Shown piece by piece: positions 40,064-50,837 of a DNA stretch of 64,000 bases (the stretch's first letter is position 1; each line of letters starts with the position of its first letter). The notes below the pieces were generated by a model. The model worked only from the letters and a program-made list of their open reading frames with translations, searched no databases and was not told the origin of the DNA. Source of the DNA: Microcoleus sp. (lineage in GTDB: Bacteria; Cyanobacteriota; Cyanobacteriia; Cyanobacteriales; Microcoleaceae); contig JAYFMW010000006.1 of NCBI GenBank assembly GCA_042408215.1, forward strand, positions 704,001-768,000, read 5' to 3'. The translations under genes and the position numbers were made by a program.

Positions 40064-42679
40064 ATGCTTGAGTCTTACCGCCAACAGGCTGCTGAAAGAG
40101 CCACCTTGGGAATTCCACCACTGCCCCTAGATGCTCAGCAAACGTCTGAACTTTGCGAACTGCTGAAAAATCCGCCACCGGGAGAAGAGGAAACCTTAGT
40201 AGAATTATTGCGCGATCGCGTACCACCAGGAGTAGACCAAGCAGCCTACGTCAAAGCAGGATTTTTGACCAGCATCGCCAAAGGAGAAATCCACAGTCCC
40301 CTCATCACCCCCACATGGGCCGTCTACCTGCTAGGGACAATGATGGGGGGCTACAACGTCCACTCCCTAATCGATTTGCTCAATCCCACCGCCGAAACCG
40401 CCATTCCCGCCGCCGCCGCCCGCGCCCTGAGCAAAACTCTGTTAGTATTTGACGCTTTCCACGATGTTTTGGCATTGTCCGATGTCAATCCCTATGCTAA
40501 GCAGGTAGTGGATTCTTGGGCAGATGCGGAATGGTTTACCGGCCGTCCTTTGTTACCAGAAGCCATTACGGTAACGGTGTTTAAAGTGCCGGGAGAGACG
40601 AATACCGACGATTTGTCGCCGGCACCTCACGCTACCACGCGGCCAGACATTCCCCTGCACGCTTTGGCGATGCTGGAAAGTAAAATGCCCGGTGCTCTGC
40701 AAACCATTGCCGAATTGAAGCAAAAAGGCCATCCCGTAGCCTACGTTGGCGATGTTGTCGGTACCGGTTCATCCCGGAAATCGGCGATTAATTCCGTGCT
40801 GTGGCACATTGGCAATGATATTCCGTTTGTGCCGAACAAGCGCAGCGGCGGTTATATTCTAGGAAGTGCGATCGCCCCGATTTTCTTCAATACCGCTGAA
40901 GATTCCGGTGCTTTGCCGATCGAATGCGACGTCGCCAAAATGGAAACCGGAATGGTAATTACCATCCATCCCTACAAAGGCGAAATTACCAACGAAGCCG
41001 GAGAAATCATCTCCACATTCACCCTCAAACCTGACACAATATTAGACGAAGTTCGCGCCGGTGGCCGAATTCCCCTATTAATTGGACGCACCTTAACCGA
41101 CAAAACCCGCACCGCTTTAGGACTAGAAATCAGCCCTATTTTCACCCGCCCCACCATCCCAGTAGATACGGGCAAAGGCTTTACCTTAGCGCAGAAAATG
41201 GTAGGCAAAGCTTGCGGTTTGTCCGGCGTTCGTCCCGGTACATCCTGCGAACCAGTGATGACTACAGTCGGTTCTCAAGATACCACCGGCCCGATGACGC
41301 GGGACGAATTAAAAGAACTTGCTTGTTTGGGATTTAGCGCCGATTTGGTAATCCAAAGTTTTTGCCACACCGCCGCTTATCCAAAACCAGTTGATGTCAA
41401 AACTCACCATGAATTACCCGACTTCATGGCTCAGCGAGGCGGGGTAGCTTTGCGTCCCGGAGACGGCATTATTCACTCCTGGTTAAACCGGATGTTATTG
41501 CCAGATACAGTGGGAACCGGCGGCGATTCTCACACTCGTTTTCCCTTGGGAATTTCTTTCCCTGCGGGTTCGGGATTGGTGGCATTTGCTGCTGCTTTGG
41601 GTGTCATGCCTTTGGATATGCCGGAATCGATTTTAGTGCGGTTTAAAGGCGAATTGCAGCCGGGAGTGACACTGCGGGATGTTGTGAATGCAATTCCCTA
41701 TGTGGCAATTCAAAAAGGTATGCTGACTGTCTCGAAACAGAACAAGAAAAATATCTTTTCTGGGCGGATTATGGAGATTGAAGGTTTGCCCGATTTGAAG
41801 GTCGAGCAGGCTTTTGAATTGACTGATGCCACGGCCGAGCGTTCTTGTGCTGGATGCACGATTAAACTGAGCGTGGAGACTGTTTCTGAGTACATTCGTT
41901 CCAATGTCGCGCTGTTGAAAAATATGATGGCGCGGGGCTATGCAGATGGGCGGACTATGATGCGCCGGGTGGCGAAGATGGAGGCATGGCTGGCAAATCC
42001 GGTGTTGCTGGAGGCTGATGCTGATGCGGAGTATGTCGAAATCATTGAGATTGATTTGAACGAGATTAAAGAGCCGATTGTGGCTGCTCCCAATGACCCG
42101 GATAATGTTAAGTTGTTGAGTGAGGTTGCGGGCGATCGCGTTGACGAAGTATTTGTCGGTTCTTGCATGACAAATATCGGTCACTACCGCGCCACTGCGA
42201 AGGTGTTGGAAGGTGCTGGGGAAGTGAAAACTCGCCTGTGGATTTGTCCGCCAACTCGGATGGATGAACAGCAACTTAAAGAAGAAGGTTATTACAGCAT
42301 TTTTGGAGCTGCTGGAGCTCGTACAGAAATGCCGGGGTGCAGTCTTTGTATGGGAAATCAAGCACGGGTTAAAGATGCCACAACGGTGTTTTCAACTTCT
42401 ACTCGCAACTTCAATAACCGCATGGGGAAAGACGCGCAAGTTTATCTCGGTTCTGCTGAATTAGCGGCAGTTTGTTCCCTGTTGGGTCGCATTCCTACAG
42501 TGCAAGAATACATGGAGATTGTGGCGAAGAAGATTAATCCTTTTGCTGATGATTTGTATCGGTATTTGAATTTCGATCGAATTGCTGGTTTTGAGGATGA
42601 AGGGCGAGTGATTGCTTTGGAAGATATGCCTCGGATTGAGGATCTTTTGGGGATTCCCGAAGGCGTGTTGAGTAAGTAA
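40064..42679 (+). CDS. acnB: Aconitate hydratase B
   Basis: [29 protein letters not shown] and GCSLCMGNQ. Confidence 0.97.
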   Translation: MLESYRQQAAERATLGIPPLPLDAQQTSELCELLKNPPPGEEETLVELLRDRVPPGVDQAAYVKAGFLTSIAKGEIHSPLITPTWAVYLLGTMMGGYNVHSLIDLLNPTAETAIPAAAARALSKTLLVFDAFHDVLALSDVNPYAKQVVDSWADAEWFTGRPLLPEAITVTVFKVPGETNTDDLSPAPHATTRPDIPLHALAMLESKMPGALQTIAELKQKGHPVAYVGDVVGTGSSRKSAINSVLWHIGNDIPFVPNKRSGGYILGSAIAPIFFNTAEDSGALPIECDVAKMETGMVITIHPYKGEITNEAGEIISTFTLKPDTILDEVRAGGRIPLLIGRTLTDKTRTALGLEISPIFTRPTIPVDTGKGFTLAQKMVGKACGLSGVRPGTSCEPVMTTVGSQDTTGPMTRDELKELACLGFSADLVIQSFCHTAAYPKPVDVKTHHELPDFMAQRGGVALRPGDGIIHSWLNRMLLPDTVGTGGDSHTRFPLGISFPAGSGLVAFAAALGVMPLDMPESILVRFKGELQPGVTLRDVVNAIPYVAIQKGMLTVSKQNKKNIFSGRIMEIEGLPDLKVEQAFELTDATAERSCAGCTIKLSVETVSEYIRSNVALLKNMMARGYADGRTMMRRVAKMEAWLANPVLLEADADAEYVEIIEIDLNEIKEPIVAAPNDPDNVKLLSEVAGDRVDEVFVGSCMTNIGHYRATAKVLEGAGEVKTRLWICPPTRMDEQQLKEEGYYSIFGAAGARTEMPGCSLCMGNQARVKDATTVFSTSTRNFNNRMGKDAQVYLGSAELAAVCSLLGRIPTVQEYMEIVAKKINPFADDLYRYLNFDRIAGFEDEGRVIALEDMPRIEDLLGIPEGVLSK

Positions 42680-42932
42680 TTTCATCGAAACTCAGCGAAC
42701 TGCTTATTTTGAACCGCAGATGAACGCAGGTGTACGCAGATGAATTTTATCTGCGTTCATCTGTGTTAATCCGCTGACATCTGCGGTTACAACAAATCCC
42801 AGAATCTCCATGAATCATCCCCCGTTTTTTGTTTAAAATATAAGTAGAGGCGAGTTCGATCGCCAATCTCTAATTCCGATCCAGGATATCGACCTGCCAA
42901 TTCCTATAAATCCGATTGAGGAGAAAAAAAGT

Positions 42933-43394
42933 ATGTCTGAACGAGCTTTAATCACTGAAAACCCAGAGACACCAACTTCAGTGCCAGAAATTCGCATTGG
43001 TAATGAAATGGTAGAGTTTCTCAGTGTAATTCAGCAAACTCCGAGAGAATATTGGCCTAATTTGCTTAAAATGATGAGGTTATTTCTGGAAACTGTGACA
43101 GTTAAGCCAGGATTGTCGGAACCCGCCGAGACACCTGAAAATGTAGATTTTACTAAACTGTCGAAGGAGGAAAGTATCAAAAGAAATCAAAAAAATATGA
43201 GGATTGCAATACTAGCGGGGCAAAGGAAAGGAAATGAGGATAACGAAAAACCAGAAATTATCGATTCTTTACAGCAACACGAAGCTCTGAGCAAGCTGTT
43301 ACAATCTTGGATAGACGATGGAGATGAACAGGAACAAACAGAAACCGCTGAAGTTCTCCGCAAGGCACTAGAAGAAAACCCGGTGCATATATAG
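42933..43394 (+). CDS. Hypothetical protein, probable antitoxin of the downstream PIN protein
   Basis: GAGGAG RBS; C-terminal LLQSWIDDGDEQEQTET..L.KAL; 3 bp from the PIN gene. Confidence 0.6.
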   Translation: MSERALITENPETPTSVPEIRIGNEMVEFLSVIQQTPREYWPNLLKMMRLFLETVTVKPGLSEPAETPENVDFTKLSKEESIKRNQKNMRIAILAGQRKGNEDNEKPEIIDSLQQHEALSKLLQSWIDDGDEQEQTETAEVLRKALEENPVHI

Positions 43395-43397
43395 TCC

Positions 43398-43853
43398 ATG
43401 AGCAGAATAGTTTTGTTAGATTCTGGGCCTTTAGGAATTGTTACAAATCCCAAAGCCGCCTCTCCTTTATCTCAAGAGGGTAAAGTCTGGCTGCAATCTT
43501 TGCCGCTAAAAGGTTACATTGTCATGCTTCCTGAAATTGCTGACTATGAGGTGAGGCGCGAATTAATTCGTGCAGGTAAAACGGCAGGTATTAAACGACT
43601 CGATCAACTTAAATCGCAAATCCCCTACCGTCCTTTGACTACCGAGGTAATGCTTCTAGCGGCTCAGTTGTGGGCGGATGCACGAAACAGAGGAAAGACA
43701 ACAGCAGAACCCAATGCACTTGACGGGGATGTGATTTTGGCAGCTCAAGCAATGTTGGAGGCAAGTGAAGGCAATGAAGTGGTAATTGCTACCACAAATG
43801 TGGGCCATTTGTCTCAATTTATTGATGCTCGTGAATGGCGGCTAATTCAGTAA
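43398..43853 (+). CDS. PIN-domain protein
   Basis: LLDSGPLG, DYEVRREL, DGDVILAAQA and TTNVGHL. Confidence 0.85.
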   Translation: MSRIVLLDSGPLGIVTNPKAASPLSQEGKVWLQSLPLKGYIVMLPEIADYEVRRELIRAGKTAGIKRLDQLKSQIPYRPLTTEVMLLAAQLWADARNRGKTTAEPNALDGDVILAAQAMLEASEGNEVVIATTNVGHLSQFIDAREWRLIQ

Positions 43854-43950
43854 TGTTTAATGCGATCGCATTTGCCCTATTCCTGCTATACTTCCAACTA
43901 CAGATATTCTGGCAAGCACCGTTGGCGACACCAACAGCAGGGCGAAAATA

Positions 43951-44328
43951 ATGGAAAAATTCGAAACAGTCGAAACAATGGACGATCGCACGCGAACTCG
44001 GTACTGGGGTACAGTTACAGTTATAGACGAAGGCGATCGTTACAGGATCAATCGCATTGAACTCAAACCGGGCCACCACATCAGCACCCAAATGCACTAT
44101 CACCGCAGCGAACATTGGGTTGTTGTCTCCGGTACCGCGAAAGTGATCTGCGATAACAAAGAAACTATTTTGATGCAAAAACAGTCAACCTACGTTCCCA
44201 TGAATACGCCTCACCGTGTGGAAAACCCAGGCGTTATTCCCTTGGTGATGATTGAAATTCAAAATGGCGAATATCTCGGCGAGGATGACATCATCCGTTT
44301 CCCGCAGGATGCTCACGAAGAAGATTAA
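43951..44328 (+). CDS. Cupin of the mannose-6-phosphate isomerase type II C-terminal family
   Basis: QMHYHRSEHWVVVSG and EIQNGEYLGEDDIIR. Confidence 0.9.
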   Translation: MEKFETVETMDDRTRTRYWGTVTVIDEGDRYRINRIELKPGHHISTQMHYHRSEHWVVVSGTAKVICDNKETILMQKQSTYVPMNTPHRVENPGVIPLVMIEIQNGEYLGEDDIIRFPQDAHEED

Positions 44329-44486
44329 TCACTCACAAGGCGTAAGGTGCGCCATCAGCACCCTACAGTTAAATTTTTTGCGTAAATCCTACAATTAAAA
44401 ATATAGGGGCAATTCCTCAATTGCCCCTATATTTTTATATTAAGCTTGTTAAACACGAGCCTCTGAGATCGCAACAGGCGATCGTC

Positions 44487-45146
44487 CTAGGGCAAAGCAG
44501 CATTTTTCAACTCTACATTCGCCATATTTGCATTGCTGAGGTTAGCACCAGTCAAGTCCGAAGCCACCAAATTTGCACCGGTCAAATTTGCACCGGTCAA
44601 ATTTGCATCCCGCAGGTTTACCCCCAGCATATCCATTCCCAACAAAGTGCCACCTTTGAGACTGACATTTCCTAGATTCAATAATGACTGACGGACATTT
44701 TTGAGGTTTGCACCAGTCAAATTAGCACTTTCCAAATTAGCTCCGATTAGATTCGATCTGCTGAGGTTGGCATCCTTCAAATTGGCAATAACCAAACCAG
44801 CCAAACTCAGATTAGCACGGCTCAAGTCAGCACCCTCTAAATTCGCACCGTGCATCCTAGCAGCGATTAAGCTCGCACCTGGTAATTTTGCATTGTTGAG
44901 ATTGGCTTGATTGAGCTTGGCTTCATTGAGATTAGTACCGCTCAAATTCGCACCGCTCAAATTCGCCCCGCTCAAATCGGCACCGCTGAGGTTCATACCA
45001 GCAAGCTGCGCTCCTGTCAAGTCGCATCCGCTACATTTTTTAGTTTCTAATAGTTGCTTGACTTGTGATACGTTTTCAGCCTTAACTGGAGAGGCGAAAC
45101 CGATCGCAATTAGTAGCCCTGTAGTTGTTAAAATTCCCAATTTCAT
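44487..45146 (-). CDS. Pentapeptide-repeat protein with signal peptide
   Basis: A(N/D)LxG repeats; CSGCDL. Confidence 0.93.
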   Translation of the reverse strand: MKLGILTTTGLLIAIGFASPVKAENVSQVKQLLETKKCSGCDLTGAQLAGMNLSGADLSGANLSGANLSGTNLNEAKLNQANLNNAKLPGASLIAARMHGANLEGADLSRANLSLAGLVIANLKDANLSRSNLIGANLESANLTGANLKNVRQSLLNLGNVSLKGGTLLGMDMLGVNLRDANLTGANLTGANLVASDLTGANLSNANMANVELKNAALP

Positions 45147-45307
45147 ATACTCACCCTCAGCGATGTCTCTATTTAATAATATCGAACATTTTTTGAGAGT
45201 ATTCAGCGATCGACATCTTTAATAAACTGTGACAATCATCACCCTGTTATGCACCAAAATATGCAATAATTACAGAGATTCCTACACCTACAAGTTCTGG
45301 TAAACAA

Positions 45308-46984
45308 TTATTGCTTTTTCAGGAACCAAAAGGGAAAGGCTTGCGTCGGTTCAAGATGCACGCCGGCGATATTTTTTTGAGCAAAGGTATAGTCTTTATC
45401 CAGCCAAAGGGGGATGAAAGGTACATCTCGACCTAGTATATCTTGAATTTCGGCAAAAATGGCTTTGCGGGTTTGCGGGTTTGGTTCTTTTCGCTGCTGG
45501 TCGATCAGTTGATTTACCCGATCGCTATAATAAAACGAACCCTGGCCTTGACTAGCACCCTTTTCACAGCCCCCGGCGGCCGAACCCGTGGCACAATCTA
45601 AAAACGGCTGAATATAATTGTCGGCATCGAAAAAGTCGGCGTACCAATCTACTAAAACCGCAGGATAAATCCCCTTCTCTATGTTTTGAAATAAGGTTGG
45701 AGATTCCACACTATTAATTTCTACTTGCATTATCCCATCCATTTTAAGTTTAGCTGATGCCTTGATGATACTGGCGACTAAAGCTCTTTTTGTGGAACCG
45801 GAAGGATGCCAGATTTGCAAGATCAAAGGATTGGTGGCGGAATAGCCCGCTTTAGTCAATAATTCCTTAGCTTTTGCCATGTTGGCGTCGCCGTACAGTT
45901 CCTTAAAAACCGGTTTGTGGACATCAAAGGTTGTGGGAATCAGACTGTACAGTGGTTGTGCTTGTCCCCGCAGTACGCGATCGTTGATCAGCGGGCGATC
46001 GATCGTGGCTGCGATCGCCTGTCTCACATCTATATTGTCCAGCGGTTTAGACTTAATGTTGAGCGTCATATAACTGACGGTACTGCTTTCAGCCGCAATT
46101 TCCTGCCATTTCCCCTTTTTTGCTCCCTCGTCCAAACTGCGAACTTGATCGGCATCCAGAGACAAATAAGCCACATCGATCGCACCCGTGCGAAAAGTAT
46201 TGAACAAATTTGCTGAACTAGAAAGCAGCAAAATATCAATTCCTTGATTAGCAGATTTTTCACCCCAATATTTATCAAAAGCGTCAATTTTTAGAGAATC
46301 GCTGCCATATTTTGCCAGCTTGTAGCGTCCAGTTCCGACAAAAGTATCTGGTTTAAATTTGCCTTCTCCAATTTCATAAGCTTGCGGAGAAACTGCACAA
46401 GCACCGGCAAATGTTAGCAGGGAAGGAAAAGCAGCAAAAGGCTTTTTGAGTTGAAAAGTTAACTCATATTCGCCCGTTGCTTTCACCGATTCTACTGCAT
46501 CGCCTAATAAAAAAGCTGGACGGCCCCCATTTTTGATAAACCGTTGCAAGGAAAATTCCATTGCTGCGGCGTTAAACGGTGTGTCGTCGTGGAAAATAAC
46601 GCCTTGACGCAGGGGGATTGTATATGTTAATCCATCGGTGCTAATTTTCGGCATTGCTGTTGCTAAATGGGGGATTAACTTTGTAGTTCCCGACTCGTAG
46701 CTGTAGAGAGTATCGCCCAAATTGTACAGCAACTGCGCTGATATAACTTCGTAAGCATCCGCAGGGTCGATCGTCCGTAATTTCAAGGTTGTGCCAATAG
46801 TAACGCGATCGTTATTACCACTGTCACCGACAGCATTAATTGATTGATTTGCCCTCTGTCCGCAGCTGACAATTAAGAAGCAACAAAGACTGAAAAGCGC
46901 TAGAACTTTAATTACCGAAGGTCTTATAGATATTTTAGGCTGTCGGTTGTAGTTTCCCATTGTCATTTTGCGAAATAATCCCAA
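45308..46984 (-). CDS. ABC transporter substrate-binding lipoprotein, family 5 (peptide)
   Basis: LIVSC lipobox, YTIPLRQGVIFHD and VGTGRY; start codon uncertain. Confidence 0.9.
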   Translation of the reverse strand: MGLFRKMTMGNYNRQPKISIRPSVIKVLALFSLCCFLIVSCGQRANQSINAVGDSGNNDRVTIGTTLKLRTIDPADAYEVISAQLLYNLGDTLYSYESGTTKLIPHLATAMPKISTDGLTYTIPLRQGVIFHDDTPFNAAAMEFSLQRFIKNGGRPAFLLGDAVESVKATGEYELTFQLKKPFAAFPSLLTFAGACAVSPQAYEIGEGKFKPDTFVGTGRYKLAKYGSDSLKIDAFDKYWGEKSANQGIDILLLSSSANLFNTFRTGAIDVAYLSLDADQVRSLDEGAKKGKWQEIAAESSTVSYMTLNIKSKPLDNIDVRQAIAATIDRPLINDRVLRGQAQPLYSLIPTTFDVHKPVFKELYGDANMAKAKELLTKAGYSATNPLILQIWHPSGSTKRALVASIIKASAKLKMDGIMQVEINSVESPTLFQNIEKGIYPAVLVDWYADFFDADNYIQPFLDCATGSAAGGCEKGASQGQGSFYYSDRVNQLIDQQRKEPNPQTRKAIFAEIQDILGRDVPFIPLWLDKDYTFAQKNIAGVHLEPTQAFPFWFLKKQ

Positions 46985-47081
46985 ATATAGTTATATCATT
47001 TTGCTGGAACTTTACGGCAGGCAAGTTAAAATGGAGGCAGAGCCTTACGCAATTGTAGGGTGTGCACTGCACACCTTACAA

Positions 47082-47477
47082 CTAAATGAACAAGCTAGGT
47101 GAGACTTTAAAATAATCGCCAAGTGCCTTAGCCTGTGCCTTGCTAATCGCTCTTTTCCCATTCACAACCTCAGACACCACGCCACTCGATCCAATGATAC
47201 CTACCAAGTCGGCTTGACGGGTGCCACTGGATTCCATGATGTGTTGCAAAATCTCATGGGGTTCGGATTCTATCGGATAGTTTTCGGCCTCATAAACTTC
47301 AATGAGCGTTACCAACAACTTGTATAAAATTCTCTCCTCTGGAGTGCTGTTTTTAGCGAATGTTAGCCGTTCTGCAATTACCAGGAGCCGATCGTATTCA
47401 TCTTCGGTTTCGATTACCTTGGGAGCGACTTCTGCTAGCAAGCTGCTATAGGTGGCTCGATCAAAAGTAAGCATCAT
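47082..47477 (-). CDS. higA: HigA-type antitoxin
   Basis: LIEVYE and HTH RQADLVGIIGSSGVVSEVVNGKRAIS. Confidence 0.85.
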   Translation of the reverse strand: MMLTFDRATYSSLLAEVAPKVIETEDEYDRLLVIAERLTFAKNSTPEERILYKLLVTLIEVYEAENYPIESEPHEILQHIMESSGTRQADLVGIIGSSGVVSEVVNGKRAISKAQAKALGDYFKVSPSLFI

Positions 47478-47760
47478 TTTTCCATTTGTCTTTGTCGTAT
47501 TCAGCATGGGTTAGAAAATTTTTGTAGAAAATAGTTTGATCCTCATAGTTGATGCCGAGAATCAGGCGATATTTGTTGCCTTTGATATTAAAGACGGTGA
47601 AGTTTCCTACTGCTTCGGCATCCCGGAACTCTTTGCGAACATCCTCTAAATTATGCCATTTTGCGTTCTTGAATTTTTTCTTCAAGGTATCAATTTCACT
47701 TTTGACATCGGGATACTGGGAAGCATCGTCACGGAGGTTGCGTATTGAAATTAGGTGCAT
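47461..47760 (-). CDS. higB: HigB-type toxin
   Basis: TVFNIKGNKYRLI and LTHAEYDKDKW; toxin-first gene order. Confidence 0.88.
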   Translation of the reverse strand: MHLISIRNLRDDASQYPDVKSEIDTLKKKFKNAKWHNLEDVRKEFRDAEAVGNFTVFNIKGNKYRLILGINYEDQTIFYKNFLTHAEYDKDKWKNDAYF

Positions 47761-47993
47761 TGATTTTTTCTTGGAATTTTTTCATTTTTTCCACACATCG
47801 ATTGTTTGCTTCATAGAGCCTACTACTCTTATACTCTCATTTAGAGAGGAGAATGTCAATAGCTAATTACCATGATTCACAACATGGAAGTCACGGATAC
47901 CCGTCTCGCTGTTTCTAACGTGTTATCTACGAATTACCAATGCCCGATGCCCAATGCCCCATGCCCCGATGCCCAATGTCCCATGCCCAAATA

Positions 47994-49562
47994 TTAAATT
48001 CCTTTGAGTAGCAATCGCCAATCCTGACACCGTTTCTTGTAAATGCGAGCCACCCGATCGTTCGGATTTGTCCGCAAACACTGTTCAAACAATTTTCCCG
48101 CTTCTCGAAACTCCTTGCGCTCGCACAATAACATAGCTTCATTATATATGTGCAAATTTTCTAGCTTGGCCGCTCGAATTTCCGGCGCATCGGCATCAAA
48201 TACTTCATAGACTGTGACAAATTGAGATTTCCCTTTTACCTGTACCTTATCCACGATGCGAATAGCATAATCAGCAGCATTTCGCAACCTCTCAAAAGTG
48301 GCGTGAGAAATTAACAGCGGTACGCCATAATTTTTCGTCAATCCTTCAATCCGAGAAGCCAGATTAACAGCATCGCTAATTACAGTGCTATCCATGCGGC
48401 TTTTACCACCAACAGTCCCCAGCATCAAAGAACCTGTATTAATGCCAATGCCAATTTGCATCGGGACGTAGCCGACAGTTTCACGGTGTTGGTTGTATTT
48501 ATTCAGGATATGCAGCATCGCAATACCAGCTTTTACTGCATCATCTGCACAGTCGCTAAACAGAGCCATAATTGCATCGCCAATGTATTTGTCAATAAAT
48601 CCGTGATGGCTAGTAATCGCCGGCTCCATCCGCGAAAGGTAAGCATTGATAAAATTAAAGTTTTCTTGCGGTGTCATAGTTTCTGAGAGAGTCGTGAAGT
48701 CACGGATATCGGCAAACAGCACCGACATTTCCTGCTGCACCTGGTCGCCTAAATTGACATCAGTAATACTTTCATATCCCAGCAAGTTGAGAAATTGATG
48801 GGGAACAAATCGCCCGTAGGCATCAGTCAAGTCTTCTTCTGCCACCAGGGACTTTTCCAATTTTTGATTCAGTTCATGGAGTTCATTAATAAAGTTATGG
48901 CGGTCGGTTTCTGCTTGTTTGCGTTTCGTGATATCCTGAAAAACCGCGATCGCAAAAGCAACTTTGCCGTCTTCGTCAAAAATTGGCGTTCCCCAACCCT
49001 CGATCGGGACTTTCTGATCTAGTTGGTGAATTTCTATATCCTCAGCCGTCGAAGTTTCGCCCTTCAAAGCTCGGACGATCGGCAAATTCTCGCTAGGATA
49101 AATAGTATCAGTTCCCGCGATATAAATTTGATAAAGTTCTGACAAATTCTCAACTGCATTTAACGGCACAACCCCTTGGCCCAGTAACAACTGTCCAGCG
49201 TGATTGACGTAGTAAGGTTGGCCGAGAGCATCGATCACAGCCACCCCGATCGGAATAGCTTCGAGAAACTGAACCAGCTTGATGTCGCCTTCCCGCACCG
49301 CCTCCAATGCCCGATCGCGTAACTCGCTGGTAAGATTGTCAGAATGTTCAGCAGTAGTTTCCAGCAAAATTTCCAGATCCGCTTTTTCCTCCTTCAAGTC
49401 TTCGACTTGCTGGCGCAATCTTTCTATCTCCAAAAGTAGCTGTTCCCTCGATGGTTGTTCTTCCAACATGACCCCAGAACTTGCGCCTCTACCAACAGAA
49501 AATTGCGTAACAGTCCTCATCCTAAAAGCGATCGCAGCTTTTATACTAACTCCAACTCTCAA
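47994..49562 (-). CDS. PAS-containing class III adenylate cyclase (probable start 49469)
   Basis: FADIRDFT, DKYIGDAIMA, DAVNLASRIE and VKGK; N-terminal DLEILLETTAEHSD coiled coil. Confidence 0.92.
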   Translation of the reverse strand: MRVGVSIKAAIAFRMRTVTQFSVGRGASSGVMLEEQPSREQLLLEIERLRQQVEDLKEEKADLEILLETTAEHSDNLTSELRDRALEAVREGDIKLVQFLEAIPIGVAVIDALGQPYYVNHAGQLLLGQGVVPLNAVENLSELYQIYIAGTDTIYPSENLPIVRALKGETSTAEDIEIHQLDQKVPIEGWGTPIFDEDGKVAFAIAVFQDITKRKQAETDRHNFINELHELNQKLEKSLVAEEDLTDAYGRFVPHQFLNLLGYESITDVNLGDQVQQEMSVLFADIRDFTTLSETMTPQENFNFINAYLSRMEPAITSHHGFIDKYIGDAIMALFSDCADDAVKAGIAMLHILNKYNQHRETVGYVPMQIGIGINTGSLMLGTVGGKSRMDSTVISDAVNLASRIEGLTKNYGVPLLISHATFERLRNAADYAIRIVDKVQVKGKSQFVTVYEVFDADAPEIRAAKLENLHIYNEAMLLCERKEFREAGKLFEQCLRTNPNDRVARIYKKRCQDWRLLLKGI

Positions 49563-49881
49563 GCAAGCATCAGCCGCTGCAAATTCTTCAAAGATTTACC
49601 TGGCCTAGCTATGGGTTGAGAGCCTTCGCCATCAGCACCCGCCCTTGTTTACGCACCCCGATGCTCAACTTCGATAGCATACTAATGCCCGAACTGTTCA
49701 AAAATTCTAACTGCTGCAAATTTAAAAGAATTTTCCGAGGCGACCTATAGACTACCGAGCCTCGCAACTGCGCTATCGGCACGTACTCCGTAGACCCGGT
49801 TAGTCGAAGGGAGCCTGCAAAACTCACCGTTGCGGTTGCTCGATCGTAACATATCGGGTAATCTTCTATCTTAATTTGCAT
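49541..49881 (-). pseudogene. Degenerate slr1659/SiaC-like STAS protein
   Basis: GSLRL and LEFLNSSGISMLSK. The C-terminus (GKSLKNLQRLM) is out of frame and contains a TGA. Confidence 0.7.
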
Positions 49882-49924
49882 TCGGGTAAAAAGTTCCTTA
49901 AATATGATCGATCGCCAGCTCAGC

Positions 49925-50503
49925 TTATACTGTTAGTTGCACCATTGTTGTCACCGCAATGACTTCCGGGTCTTTTTGCACAGTCTCGAACTTCCAGCCC
50001 ATCTTGGCGCTATAGTCGTTGAGCATAGTCAGCAAGCCTAACCCAGAATCGGTTGAGCTTTCGTCAGCGGCGTTTTTTTCCAACTTCTCAATGTACATCT
50101 CGCTGGGGTCAGAAACCAGCAACTTCTGAATGTACCTCTGAAACTTGTCAACAGAAGGCGGGGAAATGCTGTTAGCAACCGAGAAGATCAGTCCGTCCTG
50201 ATGCAATTGCAGTTTAATATCGATCGGGTACTGCGAATTTTCATCGTTAAACTTCATCGCATTCTCCAATAACTCATTAGCAATATAGCTAACCGCACTT
50301 TTAATCTCGGCTTGTCTTGTCAGTGACGAGGAGTCGTCTTGATTCCCCGGAAAAAAAGTCGTCAAGTAGTCCGCGAGGAAATCAGCCGACAAACCGTTAT
50401 TCCGCCACCGCTGCTTGAGGGGAATAGAACTAGGGGAAAATCCAATGATCAAGTATTCCTGGCTGGGAGTCGGTTCAATCAAATCACCAAAGGTCTGAAT
50501 CAT
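49925..50503 (-). CDS. slr1658/SiaB-like HATPase kinase
   Basis: RWRNNGLSADF, NELLENAMKF and SGLGLLTM. Confidence 0.85.
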   Translation of the reverse strand: MIQTFGDLIEPTPSQEYLIIGFSPSSIPLKQRWRNNGLSADFLADYLTTFFPGNQDDSSSLTRQAEIKSAVSYIANELLENAMKFNDENSQYPIDIKLQLHQDGLIFSVANSISPPSVDKFQRYIQKLLVSDPSEMYIEKLEKNAADESSTDSGLGLLTMLNDYSAKMGWKFETVQKDPEVIAVTTMVQLTV

Positions 50504-50589
50504 GTTAGTTGTGAGTTGTTATTTGTGAGTTGTTATTTGTGAGTTGTTATTTGTTATTTGTTATTTGTTATTTGTTATTTTTTGGTTGT

Positions 50590-50749
50590 TATACCAATTT
50601 AATAGGTCGTTGCACATATCCCGATCCCCCTCGCATCCCCCTTAAAAAGGGAGTAGGGTGTGAGTAGGGGTTGACTTTGAATTCTTGCTCCCCTTTTTAA
50701 GGGGGCTGGGGGGATCGGATTCTATGCAGCCTCATAAAAAATTGGTATT
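50590..50749. mobile_element. MITE TATACCAATT...AATTGGTAT
   Basis: Related copies at about 52373-52539 and 56471-56638, each with an internal CCCCCTT..AAGGGGG palindrome. Confidence 0.75.
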
Positions 50750-50837
50750 AGTTGTTGGTTATAATGCCCCATGCCCCATGCTATAAAGGCCCCATGCCCC
50801 ATCCCTCCGCTTCGCTTCGCCCAATTCCCAATTACCG

